Origin: Acidimicrobiia bacterium
Lineage (GTDB): Bacteria > Actinomycetota > Acidimicrobiia > Spongiisociales > ZC4RG35
Reading direction: 5' to 3'
DNA length: 64,000 nt
Assembly: GCA_965203555.1 (NCBI GenBank)
Contig: CBDBCY010000004.1
Coordinates: 2,944,001 to 3,008,000, forward strand
Of this stretch, positions 1 to 9,873 are shown piece by piece. Every line of letters starts with the position of its first letter. The stretch's first letter is position 1. The notes beneath the pieces are model-generated. The model worked only from the letters and a program-made list of their open reading frames with translations, made no database searches and was not told where the DNA came from. The position numbers and the translations under genes are program-made.

Positions 1-1086
1 GAGCATCCGGTGACCGAGGAGATCACCGGGCTCGACCTGGTGCGGTTGCAAATCGAGGCGGCCTGCGGCGCCGATCTCTCCGGGGCGCTGGAAAGTGTCA
101 CAATGCGGGGCCACGCTATCGAAGTGCGTATCTATGCCGAGGATCCGGTGGCCGGGTTTCTCCCCACCGCCGGCAGGATGGACCGTTTCGAGCTGCAGGC
201 TTCGGGCATTCGGGTGGAGAGCGGCGTGGAATCGGGTGATGAGATCAGCGTCCACTACGACCCGATGCTGGCCAAGGTGATCGCCTGGGCGCCGGGTCGG
301 GAGGAGGCTGCTCGTCGTCTTTCGCGGGAGCTTCGCCGGGCTCGCATCCACGGTCCGGTTACCAACCGTGATCTGCTGGTGCGGATTCTCGAGCATCCCG
401 ACTTCGCCGAGGCGCGCACCGACACGAGCTTTTTGGTGCGTAACCGGCCCGAGGAGCTGGGGAAGCCGCTTCCCGGCGAGGCGGAGGAGCGGATGGCGGC
501 GCTGGCGGCGGCACTGGCATCGCAGGCCGACCGGCGCGCTTCGGCCCGGGTGCAGTCCACCATTCCCAGCGGATGGCGAAACAGTCCCTCGCAATTGCAA
601 GTCATGGAATTCATCGGTGCACAGGGGGATATCGAAGTCGGATACCGGTTGGACGCAAATCTGTGCCGGGTAAACGGCGAACAGGTGGTGGTCACCGGCC
701 TGCCGGTGTGCCGGCCCGACCGGGTGGGTCTGGAAGTGGACGGGGTGCTGGGCTGGTACCGGGTGGCCCGGGTGAGCAACACCCACTTTGTGGATGGGCC
801 GTCGGGGCTTAGCCGCCTGATGGAAAAGGAGCGCTATCCGGCGCCCGCCTTGGCGGAGCAGTCGGGATCGTTGCAGGCGCCCATGCCCGGGAGGGTGATC
901 GAGGTGGCCCCTGCGGTGGGAGCGCGGGTCGAGAAAGGAGAGGTTCTGGTGGTGATGGAGGCTATGAAGATGGAGCACGGGTTGCGCGCTCCCCACTCGG
1001 GCACAGTGGTGTCGGTACTGTCGACGCCTGGGGAGCAGGTGGAGGGCGGACAGGTTCTGGTGGTGATGGAAGAGAAAGGAGATTGA
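1..1086 (+). CDS. Acyl-CoA carboxylase alpha subunit (biotin carboxylase C-terminal part plus biotin carboxyl carrier domain), 5'-truncated by the window edge
   Basis: Frame is open from base 1 (EHPVTEE...). Motifs GHAIEVRIYAEDP, YDPMLAKVI and the biotinylation motif EAMKME. Confidence 0.93.
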   Translation, partial: EHPVTEEITGLDLVRLQIEAACGADLSGALESVTMRGHAIEVRIYAEDPVAGFLPTAGRMDRFELQASGIRVESGVESGDEISVHYDPMLAKVIAWAPGREEAARRLSRELRRARIHGPVTNRDLLVRILEHPDFAEARTDTSFLVRNRPEELGKPLPGEAEERMAALAAALASQADRRASARVQSTIPSGWRNSPSQLQVMEFIGAQGDIEVGYRLDANLCRVNGEQVVVTGLPVCRPDRVGLEVDGVLGWYRVARVSNTHFVDGPSGLSRLMEKERYPAPALAEQSGSLQAPMPGRVIEVAPAVGARVEKGEVLVVMEAMKMEHGLRAPHSGTVVSVLSTPGEQVEGGQVLVVMEEKGD

Positions 1087-1088
1087 CG

Positions 1089-1988
1089 ATGAGTGAGAAG
1101 CTGGGATTCATCGGGCTGGGGATCATGGGAGGGGGAATGGCCGCCAACCTGGTGCGCGCCGGCTATGAGGTGACGGTATGGAACCGTACCGCCTCGCGGA
1201 TGGCGCCGGTAACCGACCTGGGCGCACAGGCGGCGGGATCGCCCCGGGAGGTGGCGGAACGGTCGACGGTGGTGATGATCTGTGTCTCCGACACGCCCGA
1301 TGTGGTTGCGGTGACCGAAGGCGCCGACGGCGTGCTGGCCGGGTTGGCGCCGGGTTCGGTGGTGGTGGATCACTCTACGATCAGCCCGTCCGAGACCCGG
1401 CGGTTGGCGGCCCTGGCCGAGGAGGCGGGAGGTTCGTGGCTGGACGGCCCGGTCAGCGGAGGAAGCGAAGGGGCGGCGCTGGGAACATTGTCGATCATGG
1501 TGGGCGGCGGAGCCTCGGACCTGGAGCGGGTGCGTCCGTACCTGGAGGCCATGGGAAAGAGCATCACCCACACCGGTCCGGTTGGGTCGGGACAGATGGT
1601 GAAGCTGGTCAACCAGGTGCTGGTGGTGGTGAACCAACTGGCGGTGTCGGAGGCTTTGCTGTTCGCCGAGGTCGGGGGGCTTGACCTGGACGCCACGCTG
1701 TCGGCGGTGACCGGGGGAGCGGCGGGTTCGTGGATGCTGGCCAACCGGGGTCCACAGATGATCGTGCGGGACTGGCGTCCGGGATTTACCATCGACCTTC
1801 AGCAAAAGGACTTGCGGTTGGTCCTGGAAGCGGCTGACGAGTTGGGTGTCCCCCTGCCGGGAACCGCAGTGGTGTTCCAGCTCTACCGGGCTCTACAGCA
1901 CCGGGGCCTGGGATCGGAGGGCAACCACGCACTGGTTAAGGCCTTGGAACACATCGTGGGCGCGCAGGTGGGAGAATCCCCGCATTAA
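1089..1988 (+). CDS. NAD(P)-dependent 3-hydroxyisobutyrate/tartronate-semialdehyde dehydrogenase family protein, copy 1
   Basis: Rossmann motif GFIGLGIMG, DGPVSGG, catalytic K in GQMVKLVNQ, F-x5-KDL. ATG at 1089, alternative TTG at 1083. Confidence 0.92.
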   Translation: MSEKLGFIGLGIMGGGMAANLVRAGYEVTVWNRTASRMAPVTDLGAQAAGSPREVAERSTVVMICVSDTPDVVAVTEGADGVLAGLAPGSVVVDHSTISPSETRRLAALAEEAGGSWLDGPVSGGSEGAALGTLSIMVGGGASDLERVRPYLEAMGKSITHTGPVGSGQMVKLVNQVLVVVNQLAVSEALLFAEVGGLDLDATLSAVTGGAAGSWMLANRGPQMIVRDWRPGFTIDLQQKDLRLVLEAADELGVPLPGTAVVFQLYRALQHRGLGSEGNHALVKALEHIVGAQVGESPH

Positions 1989-2027
1989 TTGGGTCCGGTA
2001 TGCAAGTGTTGGCGGGATCTCGGTGGT

Positions 2028-2080
2028 GAGCAGGTGGAGACCGGTTAGGTTCTGGTGGTGATGGAAGAGAAAGGAGATTG
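2028..2080 (+). repeat. Degenerate duplicate of the 3' end of the carboxylase gene plus the RBS of the dehydrogenase
   Basis: gagcaggtggagaccggttaggttctggtggtgatggaagagaaaggagattg matches 1033-1085 (offset 995 bp), with CAG changed to TAG. Confidence 0.9.
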
Positions 2081-2983
2081 ATGGTGAGTGAGAAGCTTGG
2101 GTTTATCGGGTTGGGGATCATGGGTGGGGGAATGGCCGCCAACCTGGTGCGCGCCGGGTTCGAGGTGACGGTGTGGAATCGGACTGCTTCGCGGATGGCG
2201 CCGGTAACCGACCTGGGCGCACAGGCGGCGGGATCGCCCCGGGAGGTGGCGGAACGGTCTTCGGTTGTGTTGATCTGTGTCTCCGACACGCCCGATGTGG
2301 TGGCGGTGACCGAGGGCGCCGACGGGGTGCTGGCCGGGTTGTCGGCGGGTTCGGTGGTGGTGGATCATTCCACGATCAGCCCGTCCGAGACCCGGCGGCT
2401 GGCGGCCCTGGCCGTGGAGGCGGGGGGTTCGTGGCTGGACGGCCCGGTGAGCGGGGGCAGCGAGGGCGCGGCTTTGGGGACTCTGTCGATCATGGTGGGC
2501 GGCGAGGCTTCGGATCTGGATCGGGTCCGCCCGTACCTGGAGGCGATGGGAAAGACGATCACCCATACGGGTCCGGTTGGGTCGGGACAGATGGTGAAGC
2601 TGGTCAACCAAGTGCTGGTGGTGGTGAACATGCTGGCGGCGTCGGAGGCCTTGTTGCTCGCGGATGCCGGCGGGTTGGATCTGGATGCCACGCTGTCGGC
2701 GGTGACCGGGGGAGCGGCGGGGTCGTGGATGCTGGCCAACCGGGGCCCGCAGATCGTTGTGCGGGACTGGCGTCCCGGTTTCACCGTCGATCTGCAGCAA
2801 AAGGACCTCCGGCTGGTGCTGGAGGCGGCTGACGAGTTGGGTGTTCCCCTGCCGGGGACCGCGCTGGTCTTCCAACTCTACCGGGCTGTGCAGCGCCGGG
2901 GCCTGGGCGCCGAGGGTCAACATGCTTTGGTGAAAGCCCTGGAGCACATGGCCGGCGTAAAGGTGGGGGAGGCTCCTCAGTAG
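2081..2983 (+). CDS. NAD(P)-dependent 3-hydroxyisobutyrate/tartronate-semialdehyde dehydrogenase family protein, copy 2
   Basis: Same length and motifs as copy 1, and nearly identical protein sequence. Confidence 0.92.
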   Translation: MVSEKLGFIGLGIMGGGMAANLVRAGFEVTVWNRTASRMAPVTDLGAQAAGSPREVAERSSVVLICVSDTPDVVAVTEGADGVLAGLSAGSVVVDHSTISPSETRRLAALAVEAGGSWLDGPVSGGSEGAALGTLSIMVGGEASDLDRVRPYLEAMGKTITHTGPVGSGQMVKLVNQVLVVVNMLAASEALLLADAGGLDLDATLSAVTGGAAGSWMLANRGPQIVVRDWRPGFTVDLQQKDLRLVLEAADELGVPLPGTALVFQLYRAVQRRGLGAEGQHALVKALEHMAGVKVGEAPQ

Positions 2984-3777
2984 TGGCGGGCATGCAGTCG
3001 GTGCTGGCCGACCTGGCCGGTGAGCAGGCGGCGCTCGACAGCCTGGTGGCGGAACTGGACCAGTCCGGGTGGGCCACCGCTACCCCCTCGGAAGGGTGGA
3101 ACGTCTCCGATCAGATCAGCCACCTGGCCTACTTCGACGAGAAGGCCGCCCAGACGGTGACCGATCCGGAGGACTTCGTGGCGATGGTGGCCGAACTGAT
3201 GGCATCGGAGGACCCGTGGGGCTTGGAGGATCAAATCATGGCCCGGGGTCGGGCGATGAGCGGGTCCGAGTTGCTGGCCTGGTGGCGAGAGTCCCGGGCG
3301 CGGTTGCACGCCGCCATGGGAGGCGTCGACCCGGATCGGAGGCTTCCCTGGTACGGGCCGCCGATGAAGGCCTATTCCTCGGCGCAGGCCCGGCTGATGG
3401 AGAACTGGGCTCACGGGCAGGATGTGGCCGAGGCGCTGGGTGTGCATTATCCGGTTTCGGACCGGATCTATCACGTGGCTGAGTTGGGGATCAAGACCTT
3501 CTCGTGGAGTTTCCGCAACCGGGGCCTCGGGGTGCCTGAGCAGAGGGTGCGGGTAGCCCTGCGGGGATCGTCAGGCCGGACCTGGGTATGGAACGACGGG
3601 GGTGCGTCATGCGTGACCGGTCCGTTGCAGGACTTCTGCCTGGTGGTTACCCAGCGCCGGCACGTGGACGACACCCGGCTGGTGATCGAGGGCGACTTGG
3701 CGGCTCAGTGGATGAGAATCGCTCAGGCCTACGCAGGCCCTCCCGGTCCGGGGCGTCCTCCTTCGGAGAGGAACTGA
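2983..3777 (+). CDS. TIGR03084-like metal-binding protein (maleylpyruvate isomerase N-terminal/DinB-like fold)
   Basis: W-x-T-x-T-P-x-x-GW-x-V-x-x-QISHLA, ARLMENWAHGQDV, C-terminal DFCLVVTQRRH and AQAYAGPPG. Confidence 0.8.
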   Translation: MAGMQSVLADLAGEQAALDSLVAELDQSGWATATPSEGWNVSDQISHLAYFDEKAAQTVTDPEDFVAMVAELMASEDPWGLEDQIMARGRAMSGSELLAWWRESRARLHAAMGGVDPDRRLPWYGPPMKAYSSAQARLMENWAHGQDVAEALGVHYPVSDRIYHVAELGIKTFSWSFRNRGLGVPEQRVRVALRGSSGRTWVWNDGGASCVTGPLQDFCLVVTQRRHVDDTRLVIEGDLAAQWMRIAQAYAGPPGPGRPPSERN

Positions 3778-4245
3778 TCGTTGCACTCTTGCTGTTCGAC
3801 GTCAAGCTCCGATAGGTGCGTTCAAAAGGTGACGGACCCCGGCTGGTGGATACATACCGCGGGCAAGGGACACACGTCCGGGAGAGGCCTGTTATCGGGG
3901 CCGGGGAGTCGGGGATCGGCGGGATTGAATCGGCTTCTTCCCTGAAGGGTTGTTCCCGGAGAGATTGAAGTACACGAACAACTTCCGCGTATCGACCGGC
4001 GACCGCGTAAGGGAGGCGCTCCGGTACGTGCGGGTGGGAGTCTTGGGAAGCAGGTTGACAGTTGGATTCTTTCAGCGCCAGACGGGGAATTGAGGGAGGC
4101 GTCTACAATGATCGGTCGGCGCCCTCTTGCGTGTTGAAACCACGCCGCCGCCCACAGAGGACGACGCTCACAATCTTCGCCTGAGCCTCGGATCGCAGGA
4201 CACCGGTATGTTCGGGATCGCTGCGGGTTCGGATCGGGGTTGCGA

Positions 4246-5667
4246 TCAACAGGCAGGACGGATGGTCATCCCGTGATCGATCTTGCGAGGCAGGAGCTTG
4301 CCGGTCGGGGCGGCGGTGAAGTCGCCGTTTGAAACCGCCACCTTTCCGCGCAGGATGGTGGTCACCGGCCACCCCTCGATCTCGTATCCCTCCCAGATGC
4401 TGTAGTCGGAGATGTGAAAGTCGTCCGCGGTCAGCTGGCGCTTGATAGTCGGGTCAATCAGGCAGATGTCGGCGTCGCTGCCCGGCGCCAGCACACCCTT
4501 GCGTGGGTAAAGGCCCATGATCTTGGCTGCGTTGGTCGACGTGACGTCCACGAACCGCTGCAGTTCCATTCCCTGTCGGACCACGCCCTCGCTGAAGGTG
4601 ACGCCCATCCGGGTCTCGACGCCGTTGTGGCCGCCGGTGACGTCCAAGATGGTCCTCCCCACTGTTTTGGTCTCCCACGACGTGCAGTACTCATCGGTGG
4701 CCATCGTCTGCAGATCGCCCCCGATGATGGCCTTCCACAGGGCCGCCCGGTCGTCCTCGGACTTCAGGGAGGGGTAGGTGTGGTACTTCATCCCGAACTC
4801 CTCCCGGTAGTTCGCCTCGCTGAAGCAGCAGTAGTTATGGAGTGTCTCGCCGTAGACCGGGCGGCCGTTGGCGCGGGCCTCGGCGATGGCCTTCACTCCC
4901 GATTGGGCGCTGACGTGGACGAAGTAGACCGGTGCGCCGGTCCACTCGGCCTGCCGCAGCACCCGTCGGAACGACATGTCTTCTGATTCGACGCTGTGGA
5001 CCAGCGGCATGTTGGGCCACTCGGTGCGTCCCTCCCGGACCAGTTTCTGATGCATGTGCTGCACCATGTCGTCCTCTTCGGCATGAACCAACAACATGGC
5101 ATCCAGTTCCCTGATTCGGGTCATGAGATCGTGGAGGTGCCCGCTGCGGACCATGCGGGGAACATCGCCTGCCGAGGGCGGACGGACCTCGGTCGTGAAG
5201 ATCTTGAAGGTGGGGAAGCCATCCTCCACCGCCTCGTGAATCGAACCGATGATCTCAGGCGGAATGTCTCCCAGGAGCATCACATGATGGGAGTAGTCGG
5301 CATAGGAATTGCCCTGCCAGACACCGGTCCGCTCTTCCATGGCTTGGGGGATGTCGAAACCGGGATACAGGACCGCGAAGTCCAGCAAAGTGGTGGTGCC
5401 GCCGAACAGCGCGGCGCGGCTGACCTGCTCGGGAGGAGCCGTCAGGAGATCGCCGCGACCGACGATGGGAGCGGCGATGTGAGCGTGTGGTTCGATACCG
5501 CCGGGGACCACGACCATCCCGGAGGCGTCGATGACCCGGCCCACTTCGGCAGTCAGAACACCTGGCGCGGTCACCGCCACGATCTTTTCCCCCCTGACCG
5601 CCACGTCCCACACGCCAACACCCGTGGGGGTAACCACTTTCCCGCCCCGAATGACCAGGTCCAACAT
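4246..5667 (-). CDS. Dihydropyrimidinase/hydantoinase-like cyclic amidohydrolase
   Basis: MLDLVIRGG start, VIDASG...PGGIEPHAH, AALFGGTTT, FKIF, HAE, N-x-AKIMGLYPRKG...GSDAD. Start moved from the ORF-track 5805 to the ATG at 5667. Confidence 0.88.
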   Translation of the reverse strand: MLDLVIRGGKVVTPTGVGVWDVAVRGEKIVAVTAPGVLTAEVGRVIDASGMVVVPGGIEPHAHIAAPIVGRGDLLTAPPEQVSRAALFGGTTTLLDFAVLYPGFDIPQAMEERTGVWQGNSYADYSHHVMLLGDIPPEIIGSIHEAVEDGFPTFKIFTTEVRPPSAGDVPRMVRSGHLHDLMTRIRELDAMLLVHAEEDDMVQHMHQKLVREGRTEWPNMPLVHSVESEDMSFRRVLRQAEWTGAPVYFVHVSAQSGVKAIAEARANGRPVYGETLHNYCCFSEANYREEFGMKYHTYPSLKSEDDRAALWKAIIGGDLQTMATDEYCTSWETKTVGRTILDVTGGHNGVETRMGVTFSEGVVRQGMELQRFVDVTSTNAAKIMGLYPRKGVLAPGSDADICLIDPTIKRQLTADDFHISDYSIWEGYEIEGWPVTTILRGKVAVSNGDFTAAPTGKLLPRKIDHGMTIRPAC

Positions 5668-5997
5668 TTCCGGGCCGGACCGCTTAGAAAGTGGTGAGGA
5701 CCGAGGCGGCCGGGGATGTCGCCGATGTGGCGGGGCCGGCCGGGTCGTCGTATGGCATCGAGCGCCAAGCCTAATCCCCGAGAGGAAAACAAGGCGCCCC
5801 GGCAAACAAGATCAAGCATCACCGACCAGGGCTTGGGGTGGGTCTCTGCCGGTGAACTCCACCTACGCAAGGACTCTGACGAACAACTTCTCGGAAAGTG
5901 AAGCGACCAACCGGCCCGCATTGGAGCGTCTCCGACTGGGGAGAGTCTCCTGCACATCAGGGGGCGCCGACCAGGTGGTCTCTAACCTTCCGGTGAT

Positions 5998-7029
5998 ATG
6001 AGAATCAAGTCCCGGGCGGTGACCGAACGAAGCGCCAAAGACCCATGGCGACGGTTCCGAGCCGGGTTGGGAGTACTGGGCATGGTGCTCTTTGGGGGTA
6101 CCGCCGGTTACACGGCGCTGGGCCTGAATCCGCTCGACGCCTTCTACCAGACTGTGATCACCATCTCGACGGTCGGGTATCGGGAAGTGGGAGACGTCAG
6201 CGGCCGCTATCAAGTATTCACCGTCCTTCTGATCCTGTTCGGTACCGGCACTGCGCTTTATACGCTTAGTGTGTTGATTGAGACCATGTTCGAAGGTCGG
6301 CTCGACGGCCAGTTCAGGAGACGACGCATGCGGCGGAGAATCAACCGGCTTAGCAACCACATTGTTCTATGTGGATACGGGCAGATGGGCCGAGCCATCG
6401 AGGAAGAGCTTCTAAGAGCCGGAGAAGCAGTGGTGGTAGTTGATCAACAAGAACCGGATCGCCCCCCTACTTCCGACCGACACCTGATGTTGATCGGGGA
6501 CGCTACCGACGACCATGCCATCCTCGAGGCGGGTCTGGACCGGGCCAAGACCCTGATCATCGCCCTCGACTCTGACATCGACAACCTGTACATAGCGTTG
6601 ACCGCCCGTTCTATCAATCCAGACCTGTTTATAGTGGCCAGAGCCAACCAGTCGGCCGCCATCCCAAAACTTCAACAGGTCGGCGCCGACCGGGTGGTCA
6701 ACCCTCACCAAATCGGCGGGGCCCGCATGGCCGCACTCGTATCACACCCTGAAGTAGCCGAGTTTCTCGACGTCGTCATGCGGCACGGCGAATTCGAAGT
6801 CCGGCTGGCCCAGATCCGCATCAGCGACCGTTCGGTGTTCGCCCACCTCTCCCTTCAGGACTGCGCTATCCGCACCATCACCGGCGCCAATGTACTCGCT
6901 GTTCTCCGCCAAGGGTCTTTCATAACCAACCCCTCCCGGCATTTTGTCCTGCTACCCGACGACATACTCATCTCCCTGGGCACCGCAGAACAACTCGAAG
7001 CACTGGCAGCACAAGCGCTAAAACGCTGA
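5998..7029 (+). CDS. Potassium channel protein (2-TM pore, TrkA-N/RCK and TrkA-C domains)
   Basis: Pore helix DAFYQTVITISTVGY, RCK motif HIVLCGYGQMG, GDAT, GADRVVNP. Confidence 0.88.
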   Translation: MRIKSRAVTERSAKDPWRRFRAGLGVLGMVLFGGTAGYTALGLNPLDAFYQTVITISTVGYREVGDVSGRYQVFTVLLILFGTGTALYTLSVLIETMFEGRLDGQFRRRRMRRRINRLSNHIVLCGYGQMGRAIEEELLRAGEAVVVVDQQEPDRPPTSDRHLMLIGDATDDHAILEAGLDRAKTLIIALDSDIDNLYIALTARSINPDLFIVARANQSAAIPKLQQVGADRVVNPHQIGGARMAALVSHPEVAEFLDVVMRHGEFEVRLAQIRISDRSVFAHLSLQDCAIRTITGANVLAVLRQGSFITNPSRHFVLLPDDILISLGTAEQLEALAAQALKR

Positions 7030-7040
7030 ACTCGACCTAC

Positions 7041-7256
7041 TCAGAAGCCGATCGGGAATCCGCTGAAGGCGAAGGTCAGAAAGCCCACCACCATGGCGAT
7101 CGCCGATCGCGCTCGCTTGGTGTTCTGGCGAATGCCGAACGACCCGAAGATGGCGGCCAGGCCTCCCGCGACGGTGGGGAGGATCTGGTTGATCGGAAAC
7201 ACCGCCACCGACACGAGAGCGAGTATCAGACTGGGCGTGGCCCACTTGTTCTCCAT
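7041..7256 (-). CDS. Small hydrophobic membrane protein
   Basis: 71-aa ORF with two or three hydrophobic segments, filling the gap between convergent/divergent genes. Confidence 0.5.
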   Translation of the reverse strand: MENKWATPSLILALVSVAVFPINQILPTVAGGLAAIFGSFGIRQNTKRARSAIAMVVGFLTFAFSGFPIGF

Positions 7257-7290
7257 GACGGTTACGAGCATAGGGTATGATGACAGATGG

Positions 7291-8181
7291 ATGACCCGGA
7301 CCCCTCAAATCGACTGTGTGGTGGCCGCCGACGCCCAACTGGGAGAGAGCCCTGTCTGGGACGTGGAAAGGCAGGTGCTGTGGTGGGTGGACATCAACGG
7401 TCGGGTCATCCATCATTACGATCCGGTGGCGGACGAGGACCGTTCCACCGCTGTTCCCCGCAAACCGGCTGCGCTGGCGGTCCGTCGAAGCGGCGGTCTG
7501 GTGGTCGCCACCGACCAGGGCTTTCATGCATTCTCTCCCGACACCGGTGGCTTAACCGTCCTGGCGCCCGATCCGGAGCCTGACCTGCCCGCCAACCGGC
7601 TCAACGACTCCCGCTGCGACCGGCAGGGGCGGTTTTGGGCCGGCAGTATGCACGACCCCACTTCCGCCAAGGTGGCCGAGGGAAGGCTTCACCGGCTTGA
7701 TCCGGACCTTTCGGTGACGACGTTCGCAAAGGGACTGGGGGTCTCCAACGGGCTGGCGTTCTCTCCCGACGGTCGCACCATGTACCACGCCGACACTTGG
7801 GCGGAGACGGTGTGGGCCTATGACTATGACCCGGACGAGGGGGTTCCCAGCAACAAGCGGGTGTTCGCCGAATTTTTCGATGTGGCGGGACGTCCCGACG
7901 GAGCGACGGTGGACGAGTCGGGGTGCTATTGGGTGGCGCTGGTGCGGGGAGGCCAGTTGGCCCGGCTCACTCCCCGGGGAGAGCTGGACCGGTTGATTCC
8001 CTTCCCGGTCACTGTTCCCACCATGCCGGCTTTCGGGGGTGCGGGCCTGGACACCATGTTCGTCACCTGCCTGGGCGCTGGAGCGGTGTCGGGCGCCGAT
8101 GCCCGGCCGGGTCTCGACGGAGGCCTGTTCGCTTTCGATCCGGGCTGCCGTGGTCTGCCCGAGCCGAGTTTCGCAGGGTGA
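7291..8181 (+). CDS. SMP-30/gluconolactonase/LRE family protein
   Basis: LGESPVWD, RLNDSRCDRQGRFWAGSM, SNGLAFSPDG, GRPDGATVD. Confidence 0.92.
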   Translation: MTRTPQIDCVVAADAQLGESPVWDVERQVLWWVDINGRVIHHYDPVADEDRSTAVPRKPAALAVRRSGGLVVATDQGFHAFSPDTGGLTVLAPDPEPDLPANRLNDSRCDRQGRFWAGSMHDPTSAKVAEGRLHRLDPDLSVTTFAKGLGVSNGLAFSPDGRTMYHADTWAETVWAYDYDPDEGVPSNKRVFAEFFDVAGRPDGATVDESGCYWVALVRGGQLARLTPRGELDRLIPFPVTVPTMPAFGGAGLDTMFVTCLGAGAVSGADARPGLDGGLFAFDPGCRGLPEPSFAG

Positions 8182-8942
8182 TCCACAACCTGACCAAGGC
8201 CAAGTTGGCGGCCGGTGAGGTGGCGGTGGGGTGTTTTTATCGCCATGGCCATGCCGACCTTGCCGAGTATCTGGCGCTGCTGGGCTGGGACTTTCTGGTC
8301 TTCGACGGAGAGCACGGTTCGGTGACTTCGAGGGAAATCTCCAATCTCTCCCGCGCCGTGGAGCTTCACGGGGTCACTCCAATCGCTCGGGTTCCCACCA
8401 ATCTTGCCCATCACATCCTCCGTTTCCTGGACGCCGGTGCGCACGGAGTGCATGTGCCGTGGGTGAACACCGCCGAGGGCGCCGAGCAGGCAGTGCAGTC
8501 GGTTAAGTACCACCCCCGGGGGGTGCGCGGTCTGGCCGGCAACCGGAGCGGCGAGTTTGCGCTCAGCGTTCCCATGGACGAGGTGGTGGCTCGAACCAAC
8601 CGGGAGACCCTGACGGTGATCCACATCGAGACCATCGCGGCGGTGGAGGCGATCGAGGATTATGTGAAGATCGACGGCCTGGATGTGTTGTTCCTGGGGC
8701 CGACCGACCTCTCGCAGTCCATGGGGCTGGTGGGACGGAAGGACCATCCCCGGTTGCTCTGCGCAATGGACCGGGTGGCGGAGGTGGTGTCCGGGTCCGA
8801 CAAGACTCTGGGGATCTTTGTGTCGTCACTGGATGACGTCGAGGAGTGGATCGGTAAGGGAGCTCGCTATTTCTGCGCCGGCATGGAGGGGTTCATGAAG
8901 GCGGGCATGGACGAGTTTCTGTCAGGCGTACGCCGGATGTGA
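8178..8942 (+). CDS. HpcH/HpaI-family 2-keto-3-deoxy-sugar-acid aldolase
   Basis: DFLVFDGEHG, LDAGAHGV, YHPRGVRG, HIET, LFLGPTDLS. GTGA overlap with the lactonase gene. Confidence 0.9.
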   Translation: MIHNLTKAKLAAGEVAVGCFYRHGHADLAEYLALLGWDFLVFDGEHGSVTSREISNLSRAVELHGVTPIARVPTNLAHHILRFLDAGAHGVHVPWVNTAEGAEQAVQSVKYHPRGVRGLAGNRSGEFALSVPMDEVVARTNRETLTVIHIETIAAVEAIEDYVKIDGLDVLFLGPTDLSQSMGLVGRKDHPRLLCAMDRVAEVVSGSDKTLGIFVSSLDDVEEWIGKGARYFCAGMEGFMKAGMDEFLSGVRRM

Positions 8943-9776
8943 TCAGGTAACCAGGGTCATCAGCTTCTGTGCCCGCGGGTCGAGGGCCGCGTCCTTTCTC
9001 CAAGCTCCTTCAATCCTTCGCAGCGCCACCAGCGGCCCTTCGGACAAGGTTCCGTCTCCCGAAGCCGCCACCTGCTGGGGCAGGACCGTTCGGGCATAAC
9101 CCAACACCGCCATCTGCCTCAGCACGGTGGGGTTGGTGGACTCGAGGGCCACCTGGGGCTGGATGTCCAGTTGCGCCAGACCCTGGTCGACGAGGAGTCG
9201 GGTGCGGGAGCCGGAGGGATACAGGGCCCAACCGGGGGGCGTCTGCGGGGCGAGGGGAGAGTAGACGTGCATGCGCTCGGTGGTGATCGGGGTGGAGTTG
9301 TAGCGGTTGCCGGCCGGTCCCACCACAAACGCCAGGTCGATCAGGTAGCTGTCGAGCATGGACAGAAGCTCTCCCGAATCGGCCACCATCAGTTGCAGGT
9401 CTATCGAGGCGTGCTCTTCCCTTAGGCGGGACAGACCGGCGGGCAGTGTGTACAGGCCGGCGGTGTCGATCATCCCCACTCGAAGCGTCCCGACTTCTCC
9501 CTTCTCCCAGCTTTCCAGCCATCGGAGCAGGTCGTTGGTCTGCCCCAGCACCTGGGCGGCGTAGCGGGCGGTTCTCTGTCCCGCTTCGGTGAGCACCCGC
9601 TGCCGCCCTGCCTTACGGAATAGGGGTGCTCCCAGGCGCCTGGAGAGTTCCGCCAAAGAGTGAGAGAGAGCGGGCTGGCTGATGCCCATCTCCCATGCGG
9701 CTTCGGTGAATGAGCCTCGCTGTTCCACTTCCAGCAGGCACCGGAGACTGGTGAAGTTGAGCGATGGAGTATCCAT
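8943..9776 (-). CDS. LysR-family transcriptional regulator
   Basis: HTH GSFTEAAWEMGISQPALSHSL...LGAPLF...LTEAG, followed by a substrate-binding domain. Confidence 0.93.
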   Translation of the reverse strand: MDTPSLNFTSLRCLLEVEQRGSFTEAAWEMGISQPALSHSLAELSRRLGAPLFRKAGRQRVLTEAGQRTARYAAQVLGQTNDLLRWLESWEKGEVGTLRVGMIDTAGLYTLPAGLSRLREEHASIDLQLMVADSGELLSMLDSYLIDLAFVVGPAGNRYNSTPITTERMHVYSPLAPQTPPGWALYPSGSRTRLLVDQGLAQLDIQPQVALESTNPTVLRQMAVLGYARTVLPQQVAASGDGTLSEGPLVALRRIEGAWRKDAALDPRAQKLMTLVT

Positions 9777-9790
9777 AACAAATATCTATG
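9774..9790. promoter_or_regulatory. Putative LysR binding site (T-N11-A) in the lysR/ino1 divergent promoter
   Basis: CATA-acaaatatc-TATG inverted repeat. T9776-N11-A9788 overlaps the lysR start codon in an AT-rich spacer. Confidence 0.55.
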
Positions 9791-9873
9791 AATCAATATA
9801 GAACCATTTATTTGCATAATCAAAATGGATGCGGCAGACTGTGGAGGGAAGCCATTACCCAGGGGAAGTCACA

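Noticed and set aside
6160-6190. Non-canonical K+ filter TVGYRE instead of TVGYGD
   Set aside because: To my knowledge such variants are common in this RCK-channel subfamily, so it is not treated as novel.
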